Positions 1-9,682 of a stretch of 64,000 bases of DNA are shown piece after piece (position 1 is the stretch's first letter; each line of letters begins with the position of its first letter). Under the pieces are notes generated by a model. The model did no database searches, was not told the origin of the DNA, and worked only from the letters and a program-made list of their open reading frames with translations. Both the position numbers and the translations under genes were made by a program. The stretch comes from a bacterium. Lineage in GTDB: Bacteria; UBP7; UBA6624; JBBIMK01. Where the stretch lies: assembly GCA_037444445.1 (NCBI GenBank), contig JBBIMK010000007.1:4592-68591 (forward strand). The letters are read 5' to 3'.

Positions 1-1517
1 TGGGCATCCTGACTCGAAAAGATGTAGATAAAGCCATCCGATTGAATATGTGGAGGTCCTCGGTGAAAGGTTTTATGACCCCTCGCATCATCTCTGTTTC
101 CCCTACGACAACCCTACCAGAGATACAGAGATTATTTGTGCAACAGGGGATTGGGCGTGTTCTGGTTCTGGGGGAAAAGGGGGCTGTGGCGGGTATCGTA
201 ACCCGGAAAGATATTCTGCGTCGGACTGTGGAAATGGACACTTCTACCCCTGAGCGTTCCACCTCAGTCCAGTCTGTTCTTCAATCTCATATTTCCCCCA
301 CTCTTTTGACCCGGCTGAAAAAAATAGGTCAAATTGCGGAGGACCTGGGAATGAAAGCCTATCTGGTGGGGGGGTCGGTTCGGGATATTCTCCTGGGGCT
401 ACCCGTGGGAGACTGGGATATTCTGGTGGAAGGAGAGGGACTTCGCCTGGCGGAAAAAATTGCCCGAACCCTGGGTGGCGCATTGCAAACGCATCCTCGG
501 TTCAAAACCGCAAGCATCCGATGGGAAGACGGATTCCGCGTGGATGTGGCTACCGCAAGAGAAGAGTATTACGAGAAACCCGCATCGCTCCCCCGAGTGA
601 TTCCCTCATCTTTGAAAGCCGATTTGTATCGCAGAGATTTCACGATTCATACCCTGGCTATCCTCCTGAATCCGAGAGGGTTTGCCAACCTGGTGGATTA
701 TTTCAACGGATTTCAGGATTTGCAATCCAGAATCATTCGGGTGTTGCACAACCTGAGTTTTATAGAGGACCCGACGCGAATTTTCCGAGCCATTCGCTAC
801 GAACAGCGGCTGGGATTCAGGATAGAAGAAAAAACCCTATCCCTGATGCAGATGGCACTTCATCAGAAAGCCCTGAGAAAACTTTCCGGCGACCGGCTCC
901 GTAACGAGTGGTTCCACATTTTCCAGGAAACCTCCCCTCGCGACATCCTGCTTCGGATGGAAAACCTGAAAATTCTTACCGGGATACATCCCCGACTGAC
1001 TCTACAGGCCAACCTGTTTTCCCCGGATGATTGGGTTCAAAAAGCCAGCATCTTATTTTCCCTGAATGGGGCTGGCGAAAAGAACATTCTATACCTGATG
1101 GTGCTATCCTCTTCTCTCCCTCTTAAAGATGCAGAAGAATTTCTGATGAAAATGAGATTGGACCGGAAAGGCATAAAAAATGTCCGTCTACTACCTGTGA
1201 AATCCCAGATCACCACCCGGCTGAAAAAAGCATCCAGAAATTCCACTCTGTTCCAGATTCTTCACGGTTTGCCGGTGGAGTTCCTGGCTTACCTGTGGGT
1301 TATGGAGCCTTCCATCCGTTCATCCGTGGAGCGATACTGGGTGACACTGCGACATATTACCCTCACCATTACAGGTAATCATTTAAGGGAAGCCGGTATC
1401 TCTCCGGGTCCGGAAGTGGGGAAAATCCTCCGCCGGGTTCTCTGGATGAAACTGGATGGGAAAATCAAAGAGAATGAGGAACTGACCGCCGCAATTCAGG
1501 AATATTCCAAAAAATGA
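1..1517 (+). CDS. cca: CBS-domain tRNA nucleotidyltransferase / poly(A) polymerase family protein (CCA-adding enzyme), 5'-truncated at window edge
   Basis: Frame is open from nt 3 (GILTRKDVDKAI..., the end of a CBS pair). The Pol-beta-like head motif LVGGSVRDILLGLPVGDWDILVEG is typical of CCA-adding enzyme/PcnB. The track start at 42 is an internal TTG. Confidence 0.8.
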   Translation, partial: GILTRKDVDKAIRLNMWRSSVKGFMTPRIISVSPTTTLPEIQRLFVQQGIGRVLVLGEKGAVAGIVTRKDILRRTVEMDTSTPERSTSVQSVLQSHISPTLLTRLKKIGQIAEDLGMKAYLVGGSVRDILLGLPVGDWDILVEGEGLRLAEKIARTLGGALQTHPRFKTASIRWEDGFRVDVATAREEYYEKPASLPRVIPSSLKADLYRRDFTIHTLAILLNPRGFANLVDYFNGFQDLQSRIIRVLHNLSFIEDPTRIFRAIRYEQRLGFRIEEKTLSLMQMALHQKALRKLSGDRLRNEWFHIFQETSPRDILLRMENLKILTGIHPRLTLQANLFSPDDWVQKASILFSLNGAGEKNILYLMVLSSSLPLKDAEEFLMKMRLDRKGIKNVRLLPVKSQITTRLKKASRNSTLFQILHGLPVEFLAYLWVMEPSIRSSVERYWVTLRHITLTITGNHLREAGISPGPEVGKILRRVLWMKLDGKIKENEELTAAIQEYSKK

Positions 1518-1521
1518 AACA

Positions 1522-2217
1522 GTGGAGGAAGATGTTCAACCTTCTTACGGGGCGGGAGAAGAAGAAACACTCGTGGTAATTTTTTTGCTTTTTTTACCTT
1601 TTTTATTTTTGAGCGTCATCCTCCACGAAGTGGCGCATGGGGTAGTGTCCTACCTTTTAGGAGACCCGACACCACGGCGAGCCGGGCGCCTCACCGCCAA
1701 CCCTCTTGCCCATCTGGACCCTCTGGGCACTCTTTTACCCATTTTGCTGTATTTTATGAACTCTCGTGTCATCATTGGATGGGCGAAACCGGTTCCCATT
1801 AACCCTTCTTACTATAAAAATTGGAGAATGGGGGTCCTGCTGGTGGGCGCCGCTGGACCTGTTGTCAACCTCACGATAGCTTTCTTTGTAGTTTACATCT
1901 TAAAACTCCTCCGCGTTTCCTCCAGCGATTTCCTCTTCACTCTGAAGAATGGAGAAAATCTCTGGATGATACTGCTGGGGATGGTTTTCTTTTTGAATAT
2001 CGTGCTGGCAGTTTTTAATCTTCTCCCCATTCCACCACTGGACGGCTCTCGTATACTGCAGGCGTTTCTACCCCCTCGGTGGGTCTATTCTTACTTGAGT
2101 TTTGAACGCTATGGTATGACTCTGATTGTGTTGATTCTAATATTATTTCGGCAAAGCCTGGACTGGCTCCGGCTGATCACAGAGTGGATTGCTCGTCTGT
2201 ATCTTTCCTTCTTGTAA
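1522..2217 (+). CDS. site-2 protease family (M50-like) membrane zinc metalloprotease
   Basis: HEVAHG (HExxH) lies in a TM helix. There are several TM segments and the 'GWAKPVPINP' motif typical of SpoIVFB/S2P-like peptidases. Confidence 0.7.
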   Translation: MEEDVQPSYGAGEEETLVVIFLLFLPFLFLSVILHEVAHGVVSYLLGDPTPRRAGRLTANPLAHLDPLGTLLPILLYFMNSRVIIGWAKPVPINPSYYKNWRMGVLLVGAAGPVVNLTIAFFVVYILKLLRVSSSDFLFTLKNGENLWMILLGMVFFLNIVLAVFNLLPIPPLDGSRILQAFLPPRWVYSYLSFERYGMTLIVLILILFRQSLDWLRLITEWIARLYLSFL

Positions 2218-2279
2218 TATAAATTTTACAGGGTAAATGTTAGGAACGAAGTTTCTACTCCTGGTGAGTGAGGCAGGCG

Positions 2280-4127
2280 TTATTCAACCGTAACGGTTTT
2301 TGCGAGATTTCGCGGCTGATCCACATCATATCCTCGTTCCACAGCAATGTAGTAAGCCAGAAGTTGAAGGGGCAAAATGGAGAGGAAAGGATACAGGAAA
2401 GGATGAGTTTGAGGCACGAGAAAAGAGGTTTTGACACCCTCCATATAATCATTATCGGCTGAACTGATCAGGAGAATCTCCCCATTCCGGGCCGCTATTT
2501 CCTGGATGTTTCCGGCGACCTTTGGGAAAAGAGAGTCCAGGGGTGCTACGAAAACCACGAGCATATCTTCATCTATCAGGGCGATGGGACCATGCTTCAT
2601 TTCTCCCGCAGCGTATCCTTCTGCATGGATGTAAGAAATTTCTTTCAGTTTCAAGGCGCCTTCCAGGGCGATGGGAAAAGAAAGGCCTCGTCCCAGGTAG
2701 AGAGCATTCTGCTTGCGGGAGTAGCGGCGAGCAATCTGCCGGATGGACCCCAGAGAAGGGGGGGACAACACTTCTTCCATCAGGCGTGGAATCTGTAAAA
2801 GAGAATCATAGAGATTTTTCTCCTGCTGAAGAACGAATGGCGAGTGAAATTCTGCCAGTTTCAAAGCGAGGAGGAAGAGGGCGGAGAGTTGAGTGGAGAA
2901 TGTTTTCGTGGCGGCGACGCCGATTTCGGGTCCCGCACGGGTATAAAGGACACCATCCGAGAGCCGGGTTAAACTGTTCCCGAGCACATTGGTGATACTC
3001 AAAATGGTGCCGTTGAGAGATTTAACCCATTCTGCTGCCGCCAGAGTATCCGTAGTCTCACCGGATTGACTGATGGCTACGGTGAGAGTGCCAGAAGGGA
3101 GTTTTCCCTGGCGAATGCGAAACTCCGAGGCCACTTCCGCAGTCGCAGGCAGTCCGACTATCTGATCCAGCCAGTATCTTCCCACCAGCGCTGCGTGATA
3201 AGAAGACCCACATGCGATGAAGTGAACCATTTTCGTTTCTCTCAGAAGAGCCTCCGGGATTTCTTCCAGGTAGACCGAGAATTCTTCTGGACGAATCCGC
3301 CCTCTTAAAGTGTCTGTAACTCCCCGGGGTTGCTCAAAAATCTCTTTTTGCATGAAGTGCTTATATTCACCCTTCTCTGCGGCCACGGGGTCCCAGGGAA
3401 TATGTAACACGGGACGCGGAGCCTCATTTCCCGCTTCATCGTAAATCGTGACCTTATCCGGTAAAAGAATAGCGATGTCTCCTTCTTCCAAAGGGATGAC
3501 CTGGCGGGTGTAGGGAAGAAGAGCAGGGATGTCAGAGGCGATGAAGTTTCCGTGCGGGCTAAGGCCAACAATTAAGGGGCTCCCACGCCGGGCACCAATC
3601 AGGGCATTTCCTTGGACTACAGACAGGATGCCGAAGGCATAAGTGCCACGAATTTTTTTCAGCCCCCTTCGCACAGCCTCTAAAAATCCCTTCCCCTGCT
3701 TCAACCCCTCATCCACCAGATGGAGCATCACTTCTGTATCCGTCTCCGAAGAAAAACGGTATCCCCTCGCTTCCAGTTCCTTTCGCAGTTCCCGGTAATT
3801 TTCAATGATGCCGTTATGGACGATGGCTACAGAGTTATTGCTATGAGGATGAGCGTTCTCATCGGCGGGCTTCCCATGAGTAGCCCAGCGAGTATGCCCG
3901 AGCCCTACAGTTCCATCTAAATCTTTTCCATTGAGGTACTTTTCCAGGTCTCTGATTTTCCCTTTTTTCCGCACAACACGAATGGCGTTTCCGACTAAAA
4001 TGGCCACACCTGCGGAATCATAACCCCGATATTCCAGGCGTTTTAGTCCTTCCACCAAAAGGGAAATTGCCCTGTCTTTTCCTGTATATCCGATAATTCC
4101 ACACATTTTTTCCCAGCCCCATCTCAT
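2280..4127 (-). CDS. glmS: glutamine--fructose-6-phosphate aminotransferase (isomerizing)
   Basis: N-terminal MCGIIGY with Cys2 nucleophile, two SIS domains, and C-terminal ...LAKTVTVE. Full length is 615 aa. Confidence 0.95.
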   Translation of the reverse strand: MRWGWEKMCGIIGYTGKDRAISLLVEGLKRLEYRGYDSAGVAILVGNAIRVVRKKGKIRDLEKYLNGKDLDGTVGLGHTRWATHGKPADENAHPHSNNSVAIVHNGIIENYRELRKELEARGYRFSSETDTEVMLHLVDEGLKQGKGFLEAVRRGLKKIRGTYAFGILSVVQGNALIGARRGSPLIVGLSPHGNFIASDIPALLPYTRQVIPLEEGDIAILLPDKVTIYDEAGNEAPRPVLHIPWDPVAAEKGEYKHFMQKEIFEQPRGVTDTLRGRIRPEEFSVYLEEIPEALLRETKMVHFIACGSSYHAALVGRYWLDQIVGLPATAEVASEFRIRQGKLPSGTLTVAISQSGETTDTLAAAEWVKSLNGTILSITNVLGNSLTRLSDGVLYTRAGPEIGVAATKTFSTQLSALFLLALKLAEFHSPFVLQQEKNLYDSLLQIPRLMEEVLSPPSLGSIRQIARRYSRKQNALYLGRGLSFPIALEGALKLKEISYIHAEGYAAGEMKHGPIALIDEDMLVVFVAPLDSLFPKVAGNIQEIAARNGEILLISSADNDYMEGVKTSFLVPQTHPFLYPFLSILPLQLLAYYIAVERGYDVDQPRNLAKTVTVE

Positions 4128-4232
4128 TTTACCACAAGGGAGTTGACAAAGGCAGATAGTTTATGAAATACTGGGGTGGATGCACTATGCAAGGAGATTC
4201 AAAATCATTCCATATAGAGGTGATAAGAACAG

Positions 4233-4529
4233 ATGTTTGGTTTTGAAAGCGAACGCGGATGGCAACGACGCATCGCCCAGGAAGTGGTAGAATCTCTTGA
4301 AAGTGAAGAAGAGCCTTCGGAGGCTTTAATTGAAGAAGTCACTGCCCATTTCATTGAAGAGCACTACGACCTGGGAGAGATGGATGAGGACGTGCATGAC
4401 CGCTTGCTTGAAAACATCCAGAAAATTGTGGAACAGGTTCAGGAAAAATTGATAGAAGAGGGTCATCTCTCCTCTCCACCCCGGGAGGAAGAAGTAGAAA
4501 ATTGGTGGGAAGGTGGAGAAGAAGTTTAA
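4233..4529 (+). CDS. hypothetical highly acidic small protein
   Basis: 98-aa ORF rich in Glu/Asp in the intergenic space between glmS and the pilus operon. It overlaps the pilQ stop convergently by 4 nt. No recognisable domain. Confidence 0.4.
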   Translation: MFGFESERGWQRRIAQEVVESLESEEEPSEALIEEVTAHFIEEHYDLGEMDEDVHDRLLENIQKIVEQVQEKLIEEGHLSSPPREEEVENWWEGGEEV

Positions 4530-5920
4530 AGGATTTGAACTGATGGAGTGATAAGAATGACGATTTCTTTTTTCTGTTTAATGCGAGTTTTTTGCTGAAA
4601 GAGTAGCCCGATGCCGGGTATGTCTCCCAGAAGAGGAGTTTTTCTCGTGCTTTTGGTATCACGGGATTGGAGCAAACCTGCAATTACAATTGTGTCTCCA
4701 CTCTTCACGCGAACGATGGTAGATGTGCCGCGGCTACTCAGTTTGGGGGCTGTGATTTTCACAGATTGAACCGTTCCGAAGTCCTCAAATCCGATGATGT
4801 CCGTTACCAGCGGAACTACATGGAGAATCACGGTGTCATCCTCCGCAACTCTCGGAGTCAAGCCCAAAAGGATACCTGCCTGCACCTGGCTCACAGTGAT
4901 GGAAATGGTCGGGAAGCCGGAGATGCCCGTGATCGTCTGAGTGATATTAGAGATAAAAGGAGTCACATCCCCCATCGTCACCAGAGCCGTCTGTCCGTTT
5001 ATTACAGAAAGGCGTGGAGAAGCCAGAACATTCACATCTCCCTGAGTTTGTAAAGCCCTCAGGACATTATTCAAGCCCTGTTGGGAATCGGTGGGAAAGT
5101 GAATGGTATTTAATGTGAGGGTGGTGCCTTCTGCGGGAGCCAACTGCTGCTTAAAGGTTACCTGCGCATTCCCTGCTGAGGGTCCAAAAAGTCGCGAGAA
5201 ATCAATCCCAAAACTGGTGGATTTATCCAGAGTGACCTCTGTCACTTTCACTTCCAGGGAGACCTGTTTCCTGAGGATGTTTTCTAATTCTTTCAGCCAG
5301 GCTTCAACCCGTTCAATAGGGGTGCGATAGTCCGTGACGATAACAGTTCCACTCATCCGGTCCACCGAGATTTTGCCATCTGAGGAAAGGAGTCCTTCCA
5401 GGGTTTTCTGGATTTGTTCCCAGAGGTCACTGTTCGGGATATTGGTTCTGAGGGTAAAAGCGCCACTGATCTGGCCACCGCCGGCTCCCGCACCAGCTGC
5501 ACCCCCCCCGGCGGCGCCACCGGCACCTCCTCCTGCCAGGCCACCGGCAAGACCCCCCAGCACATTTCCCCCTACATTACTTTCTGCGGTTAGTTTCGTA
5601 GGCACGAAATTCAAAGTGAACACCCGGGTTTCCAGCGCTCTCACTTTCAGGAATTTCCCGGCGATTTCGTAAGAATATCCAAGCGGAGCCAGCACGGCCG
5701 TCAGCACCTCATCTAATGTGGCTTCGCTCACATCCACATTGACCGAAATGGAGGGATCTACACCTTTTTCCGTCACGAGGATATAACCTGATTCCGTTGC
5801 AATAGAAGAAAGAATGGTTCCCAGTTGGGCCCCCCGAGCTCGCAGCGTATATCCCACCTCATCCGGATTGAGCGCCAGAACCAGAGCACCGAGCAGAATC
5901 ATGACGAAGATTTTTTTCAC
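4526..5920 (-). CDS. pilQ: type IV pilus secretin PilQ-like (secretin family outer membrane channel)
   Basis: Signal peptide. The C-terminal secretin signature is ...VKSGDTIVIAGLL...TPLLGDIPGIGLLFQ...IVILITPSVQ. It is the last gene of a pilMNOPQ-like operon and contains an unusual Gly/Ala-rich tract. Confidence 0.85.
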   Translation of the reverse strand: MKKIFVMILLGALVLALNPDEVGYTLRARGAQLGTILSSIATESGYILVTEKGVDPSISVNVDVSEATLDEVLTAVLAPLGYSYEIAGKFLKVRALETRVFTLNFVPTKLTAESNVGGNVLGGLAGGLAGGGAGGAAGGGAAGAGAGGGQISGAFTLRTNIPNSDLWEQIQKTLEGLLSSDGKISVDRMSGTVIVTDYRTPIERVEAWLKELENILRKQVSLEVKVTEVTLDKSTSFGIDFSRLFGPSAGNAQVTFKQQLAPAEGTTLTLNTIHFPTDSQQGLNNVLRALQTQGDVNVLASPRLSVINGQTALVTMGDVTPFISNITQTITGISGFPTISITVSQVQAGILLGLTPRVAEDDTVILHVVPLVTDIIGFEDFGTVQSVKITAPKLSSRGTSTIVRVKSGDTIVIAGLLQSRDTKSTRKTPLLGDIPGIGLLFQQKTRIKQKKEIVILITPSVQIL

Positions 5921-5979
5921 CTTCTTTTCACCTCACAGCGGGATTTTCACCGCCCTGCGTTTCTGCTTCCCTGCCCCTG

Positions 5980-6798
5980 TCATTCTCTTCCCACACCTTC
6001 TTGAGGCATTTCTTGCTCCGCTACCTCTGGAGGCTGAATCTCTTTCTCTACCGGGCGAGGAAAGGAAGGCGTGGCGGTGGGAGTCCGAGAAGGGGTGAGG
6101 GGTGAGCGCGTTTCCGGGCGCCCCTGCGCCTCAAACACCATCCCGGGCAACCGAATAGCACGAACCCCATAGGTGGTACTGGTAAGCACAATGGCTTCTT
6201 CCTCAATGCTTGCCACTTGCTCTTTTCCAAATTTATCACCCTCTTCCAGAATCCACTCGGCCCCGTCCAATTCTACCACCGCCTTCTTTGTGCCATCCGC
6301 AAACATCACCATCTTGAGGCGAATATCGGGCAGAGGAGGAAGGGGAGGCGATGACGGCTGCTGGGAAGGGCTTGGACCCCCTGGCCCCCCTGGACCTCCG
6401 GGCGGTGGAGGAGGAATCCGGGGTTCCACAGGGAATCCTTCTTCTAAGGGGGTAGGAGGAACCACACTAAAAGGGTCCCGGTCCGTAACGACTAAATCGT
6501 AAATGGGCAGAGAAAGTTTCTGGATGGTGGGGGCTGGAGGACCTTCAGGAATAGCCGCAGGAGGGGGCCCGGCCTCACCGGCAGGGAGTGCAGGACCAGG
6601 TGGAGTCGCGGGCGTGGGTGGCGCGGGCGCCTGTGGAGGAACTTTTTCCCCGGCTACAGCGGGAGGCGGTTTTATCCTCGCCGTTGGCCTTCTCGGATTC
6701 AGATAAGCGTACCACCTCCACGCCACAACAAATAGCGCAATCACCACGAGCAAGGAAACCACACGGGGGTCATTCAGTAACCTTCTCATCCACTTCAC
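5980..6798 (-). CDS. pilP: PilP-like pilus assembly lipoprotein/periplasmic protein, proline-rich
   Basis: N-terminal TM helix, then a long Pro/Gly-rich linker, then a C-terminal beta domain (FADGTKKAVVELDGAEWILEEGDKFG...) resembling PilP. Position between pilO and pilQ supports the call. Confidence 0.5.
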   Translation of the reverse strand: MKWMRRLLNDPRVVSLLVVIALFVVAWRWYAYLNPRRPTARIKPPPAVAGEKVPPQAPAPPTPATPPGPALPAGEAGPPPAAIPEGPPAPTIQKLSLPIYDLVVTDRDPFSVVPPTPLEEGFPVEPRIPPPPPGGPGGPGGPSPSQQPSSPPLPPLPDIRLKMVMFADGTKKAVVELDGAEWILEEGDKFGKEQVASIEEEAIVLTSTTYGVRAIRLPGMVFEAQGRPETRSPLTPSRTPTATPSFPRPVEKEIQPPEVAEQEMPQEGVGRE

Positions 6799-7312
6799 CT
6801 CCCACCATAGGATAGAATACTTTCACGGTAATTTCATAAGTGGGGCGCATTTTCCCGCCCGCTACATCCACCACTTCCATTTCCACCAGGTGGTCATCTT
6901 TCTCCAGAAATGACAGAATCTCTATTGCCTTCTGGATGGTCGTTTCTTGAAACAATTTGATTTCTCCTGCCGAGACTTTGAATTTCAATTCTAACGACTG
7001 AAAGGCTTCCTCCCCAAGAAGAACAGGCGCTTTCGCGCCATCCACATTGATTTTGTTTTTTCGGAGGGTGTCCACAAAACGGCTAAAATCCAGTTCTGCA
7101 GTTTCTGGCGAATATTGAACGGGGATGGGTAAACGGCGAACTTTATCCGCATCTTGCCGGAGTTTCTCCACATCAGAGTAAAGCATTTCCACCTGCTGTT
7201 TCAGTTCTTCTTTTCGGTGGGTTTTCGACCGCACATCCATATAGAGAAGAACCATTAAGGCAAGGCCTGCGACAATGACGATTCCCACGAGAACGGGCAA
7301 GAACTGTCTCAC
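6770..7312 (-). CDS. pilO: PilO-like pilus assembly protein
   Basis: 180 aa with a single N-terminal TM helix followed by a coiled coil (EELKQQVEMLYSDVEKLRQ). It sits between the PilM/N and PilP genes, with a 4-nt overlap with the upstream gene. Confidence 0.6.
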   Translation of the reverse strand: MRQFLPVLVGIVIVAGLALMVLLYMDVRSKTHRKEELKQQVEMLYSDVEKLRQDADKVRRLPIPVQYSPETAELDFSRFVDTLRKNKINVDGAKAPVLLGEEAFQSLELKFKVSAGEIKLFQETTIQKAIEILSFLEKDDHLVEMEVVDVAGGKMRPTYEITVKVFYPMVGGEVDEKVTE

Positions 7313-8748
7313 TGGGCACCACCTCCAGCCCGGAAGGATTCTACCCGGAATGAAATCAGGAAGGGCAAGATCACTTCACCTTCCTTAAAAGAGGGATTTT
7401 GTTTGGTGACGGTGAGATGGCTGAAGTAGGGGGAAAGAGCCATTCGGAAACCCATTGCGTTCACCAGTCTCACATTGCGTTCATAAGAAGCATCATGGCT
7501 ACTTCCGTTGAGAGTTCCTGTCCAGCCCTCGGAGTCTCGTTTAATGGTGAGGGATTGCAAGCGAACACCCGGAGGAGCCACCGCCTGGAGTTCTGCAAAA
7601 AACTGGCTCCAAAAGGGTTGCATTTCTTTGGTATGTGTTCGGAGCTTGCCGAAGCCTTCAGCGATGTCCAGAATGGCCGTAAACCCAGTGAGCGAAGCCT
7701 TCTCAGTTTCCAGGCGACTTTTCTCACTTTCTTTCTCCTTGATGAACTCATCTAAGGAGGTGCGGAGAGAGGAGAAATAACTGAAGCCTCCAAAATAAAT
7801 GGCTAAAGCGGCGAAAATCAATGTCCAGGAGAGGGTGAAAGTCAGGCGGCGGCTCCTTTCTTCTTCGAAAGAAGGAATGGCGAAAGAAAGAGAGTAACGA
7901 GGAGGGGTGAGATATAAGCCCACCAAAGAAGGATATTTCGTAAGAATTTCTCTGGGGAAAGGGAGGTCTCGCGTGAAACGCAAGTCTTCAATTTGCACCC
8001 CCAGAACGGCACGCATATGAGCAAGGATATCATCGCTGGGTCGGTCACCGGCTATCACCAGCCGTGTAACTTCCACGCCATGGAACCGCTGACGGAAATA
8101 CAGGAAGGTCTGGAAGATTTCCTGGCTCAGACGGTTCCAGGCGCTGGTATCAGTCCACTCAGCGCCTGGTGCTGCTCCGAGGGCAATTTTGCGAAAGACA
8201 GCCACACCTTCTCCCCGATAAATCACCAGGAAAACCTCGTTTCCACGCACTTCCATAAAAGCAACAGGCTCATCCTTTACGAAATGCCCCAGTTTCTTCA
8301 ACAGGAGGCCCACAGCCAGGGGATAAGTGAGGATAGCGGAGGGGTAAAGGGAAGTGACCTGACGAATTCTACCACCGAGCCACTCCAGGTCGCTGCGGGG
8401 AACTGCCACGAGATGAACCAGGTTCTGCTCGCCTTCTTTTCCCACGATTTGGTACCGGAATACGGGGGGTTTTCCAGCCGTCATTTTTACTGCCTGCTTG
8501 CTGACGATGACATCAAGGGTTTTCCCACGGGCGGGAGGCAGAAGGTTCAAACCGTGGGAGGCTTCCCGAAATGTGGAAACCACCAACACCTTGCGAATCT
8601 GGGAGGGGATGACGGAAGGGTCAAAGGTCTCCGGCGTGTAAGTTTTGGCTTCCACCCGCCGTCCCACTAATAGTAGCCGTATGGATTCCGCTTCCAGTTC
8701 CAGAAGCACCACCGCAGATTCCAAGCCCTTTTTCGCTATTTCCATCAT
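7309..8748 (-). CDS. pilM: type IV pilus assembly protein PilM fused to PilN-like transmembrane/periplasmic domain
   Basis: N-terminal actin-like ATPase fold typical of PilM. The C-terminal ~150 aa carries a TM helix (LSWTLIFAALAIYFGGFSYF) and a PilN-like periplasmic region. First gene of the operon. Confidence 0.7.
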   Translation of the reverse strand: MMEIAKKGLESAVVLLELEAESIRLLLVGRRVEAKTYTPETFDPSVIPSQIRKVLVVSTFREASHGLNLLPPARGKTLDVIVSKQAVKMTAGKPPVFRYQIVGKEGEQNLVHLVAVPRSDLEWLGGRIRQVTSLYPSAILTYPLAVGLLLKKLGHFVKDEPVAFMEVRGNEVFLVIYRGEGVAVFRKIALGAAPGAEWTDTSAWNRLSQEIFQTFLYFRQRFHGVEVTRLVIAGDRPSDDILAHMRAVLGVQIEDLRFTRDLPFPREILTKYPSLVGLYLTPPRYSLSFAIPSFEEERSRRLTFTLSWTLIFAALAIYFGGFSYFSSLRTSLDEFIKEKESEKSRLETEKASLTGFTAILDIAEGFGKLRTHTKEMQPFWSQFFAELQAVAPPGVRLQSLTIKRDSEGWTGTLNGSSHDASYERNVRLVNAMGFRMALSPYFSHLTVTKQNPSFKEGEVILPFLISFRVESFRAGGGAQ

Positions 8749-8772
8749 TTTTCTCCTCGGCTCACCCTCTTT

Positions 8773-8833
8773 TCCCTTACTTCAGTTTGAAAATTATATA
8801 TCTCAAACCCCTTGCTGTCAAGCATGTGGCAGT
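8773..8833. promoter_or_regulatory. two palindromic candidate operator sites in the divergent crp/fnr - pilM intergenic region
   Basis: cAGTTTGA-N12-TCAAACc at 8773..8799 and the perfect palindrome CAGTTTacAAACTG at 8820..8833. Both carry GTTT..AAAC arms, and the second sits ~35 nt upstream of the regulator start. Confidence 0.3.
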
Positions 8834-8869
8834 TTACAAACTGAAAGCAGAGAAAGATAGAGATTTTCT

Positions 8870-9625
8870 ATGACAGAAAACGGGAAAAGAGTTATAATTG
8901 GAATTGCTATGGGACAGGGGAGAAAAAGTTGTAGTTGTGAAACCTGTGAGGCTCGGGTGCTGAATGTGTTTCACACCCTTCCACCAGAACCCCTGGCGAT
9001 GTTCAACCAGTTTAAGGTGACGAACTTCTATAAAAGGGGGCAGATTATCTTTCATGAAGGAAACCACCCACAGGGGCTTTATTGCATTTTTTCGGGAAAG
9101 GTGAAACTGTATAAAACAGCGGATAATGGGCGTCAGCAAATCGTCCGGATGGCACAGGCAGGAAATATTCTGGGGTATCGCTCTCTCTTCGCCGATGAAC
9201 CCTATCAAGCTACAGCGGAGGCCATGGAAGATTCCAGCATCTGCTTTATAGAAAAAAGAGCCTTCTTTCCTCTCATTTCAAAATATCCTACCCTGGCTAT
9301 GGAAATCATTAAAAAACTGGCAAAGGAACTGGGGCGAGCCGAGGACCGAATCCGAGATCTGGCGTTGAAAACCGCCGACCAGCGACTGGCTGAGCTCCTG
9401 CTAATGTTGAAAGAAACTTACGGGGTTCAGGAACCTGCAGGATGGCGCCTGAATATTTCTCTTTCCCGTCAGGATATAGCCGAGATGATTGGAACAGCGC
9501 CAGAAACCGTTATTCGCCTTCTTGGAGATTTTCGTTCTAAAGGACTCCTGGAATTCAAGGGAAAAGAAATTTACTTATTGGATTCAGACGGGCTACTGGA
9601 TATGGCTGGCATCGAGAGATATTAG
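8870..9625 (+). CDS. Crp/Fnr family transcriptional regulator (cNMP-binding domain + C-terminal HTH), possibly FNR-type with N-terminal Cys cluster
   Basis: cNMP-binding beta-roll (FHEGNHPQGLYCIFSGKVKLYK). C-terminal HTH LSRQDIAEMIGTAPETVIRLL. N-terminal CSCETC Cys cluster. Confidence 0.85.
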   Translation: MTENGKRVIIGIAMGQGRKSCSCETCEARVLNVFHTLPPEPLAMFNQFKVTNFYKRGQIIFHEGNHPQGLYCIFSGKVKLYKTADNGRQQIVRMAQAGNILGYRSLFADEPYQATAEAMEDSSICFIEKRAFFPLISKYPTLAMEIIKKLAKELGRAEDRIRDLALKTADQRLAELLLMLKETYGVQEPAGWRLNISLSRQDIAEMIGTAPETVIRLLGDFRSKGLLEFKGKEIYLLDSDGLLDMAGIERY

Positions 9626-9682
9626 TTTTCTTTTGCCCACAGGCTCCCCTAAAAAAAGTTCAACACCCGGATGGGAGAGAAA

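Noticed and set aside
7993-8670. 225-aa plus-strand ORF antisense to pilM/N. Similar long antisense ORFs lie at 19032..19916, 52600..53196, 40182..40751, 521..904 and 60878..61477.
   Set aside because: Each lies entirely inside a well-supported gene on the opposite strand. They have atypical composition and no RBS, so they are treated as shadow ORFs of GC-rich coding sequence.
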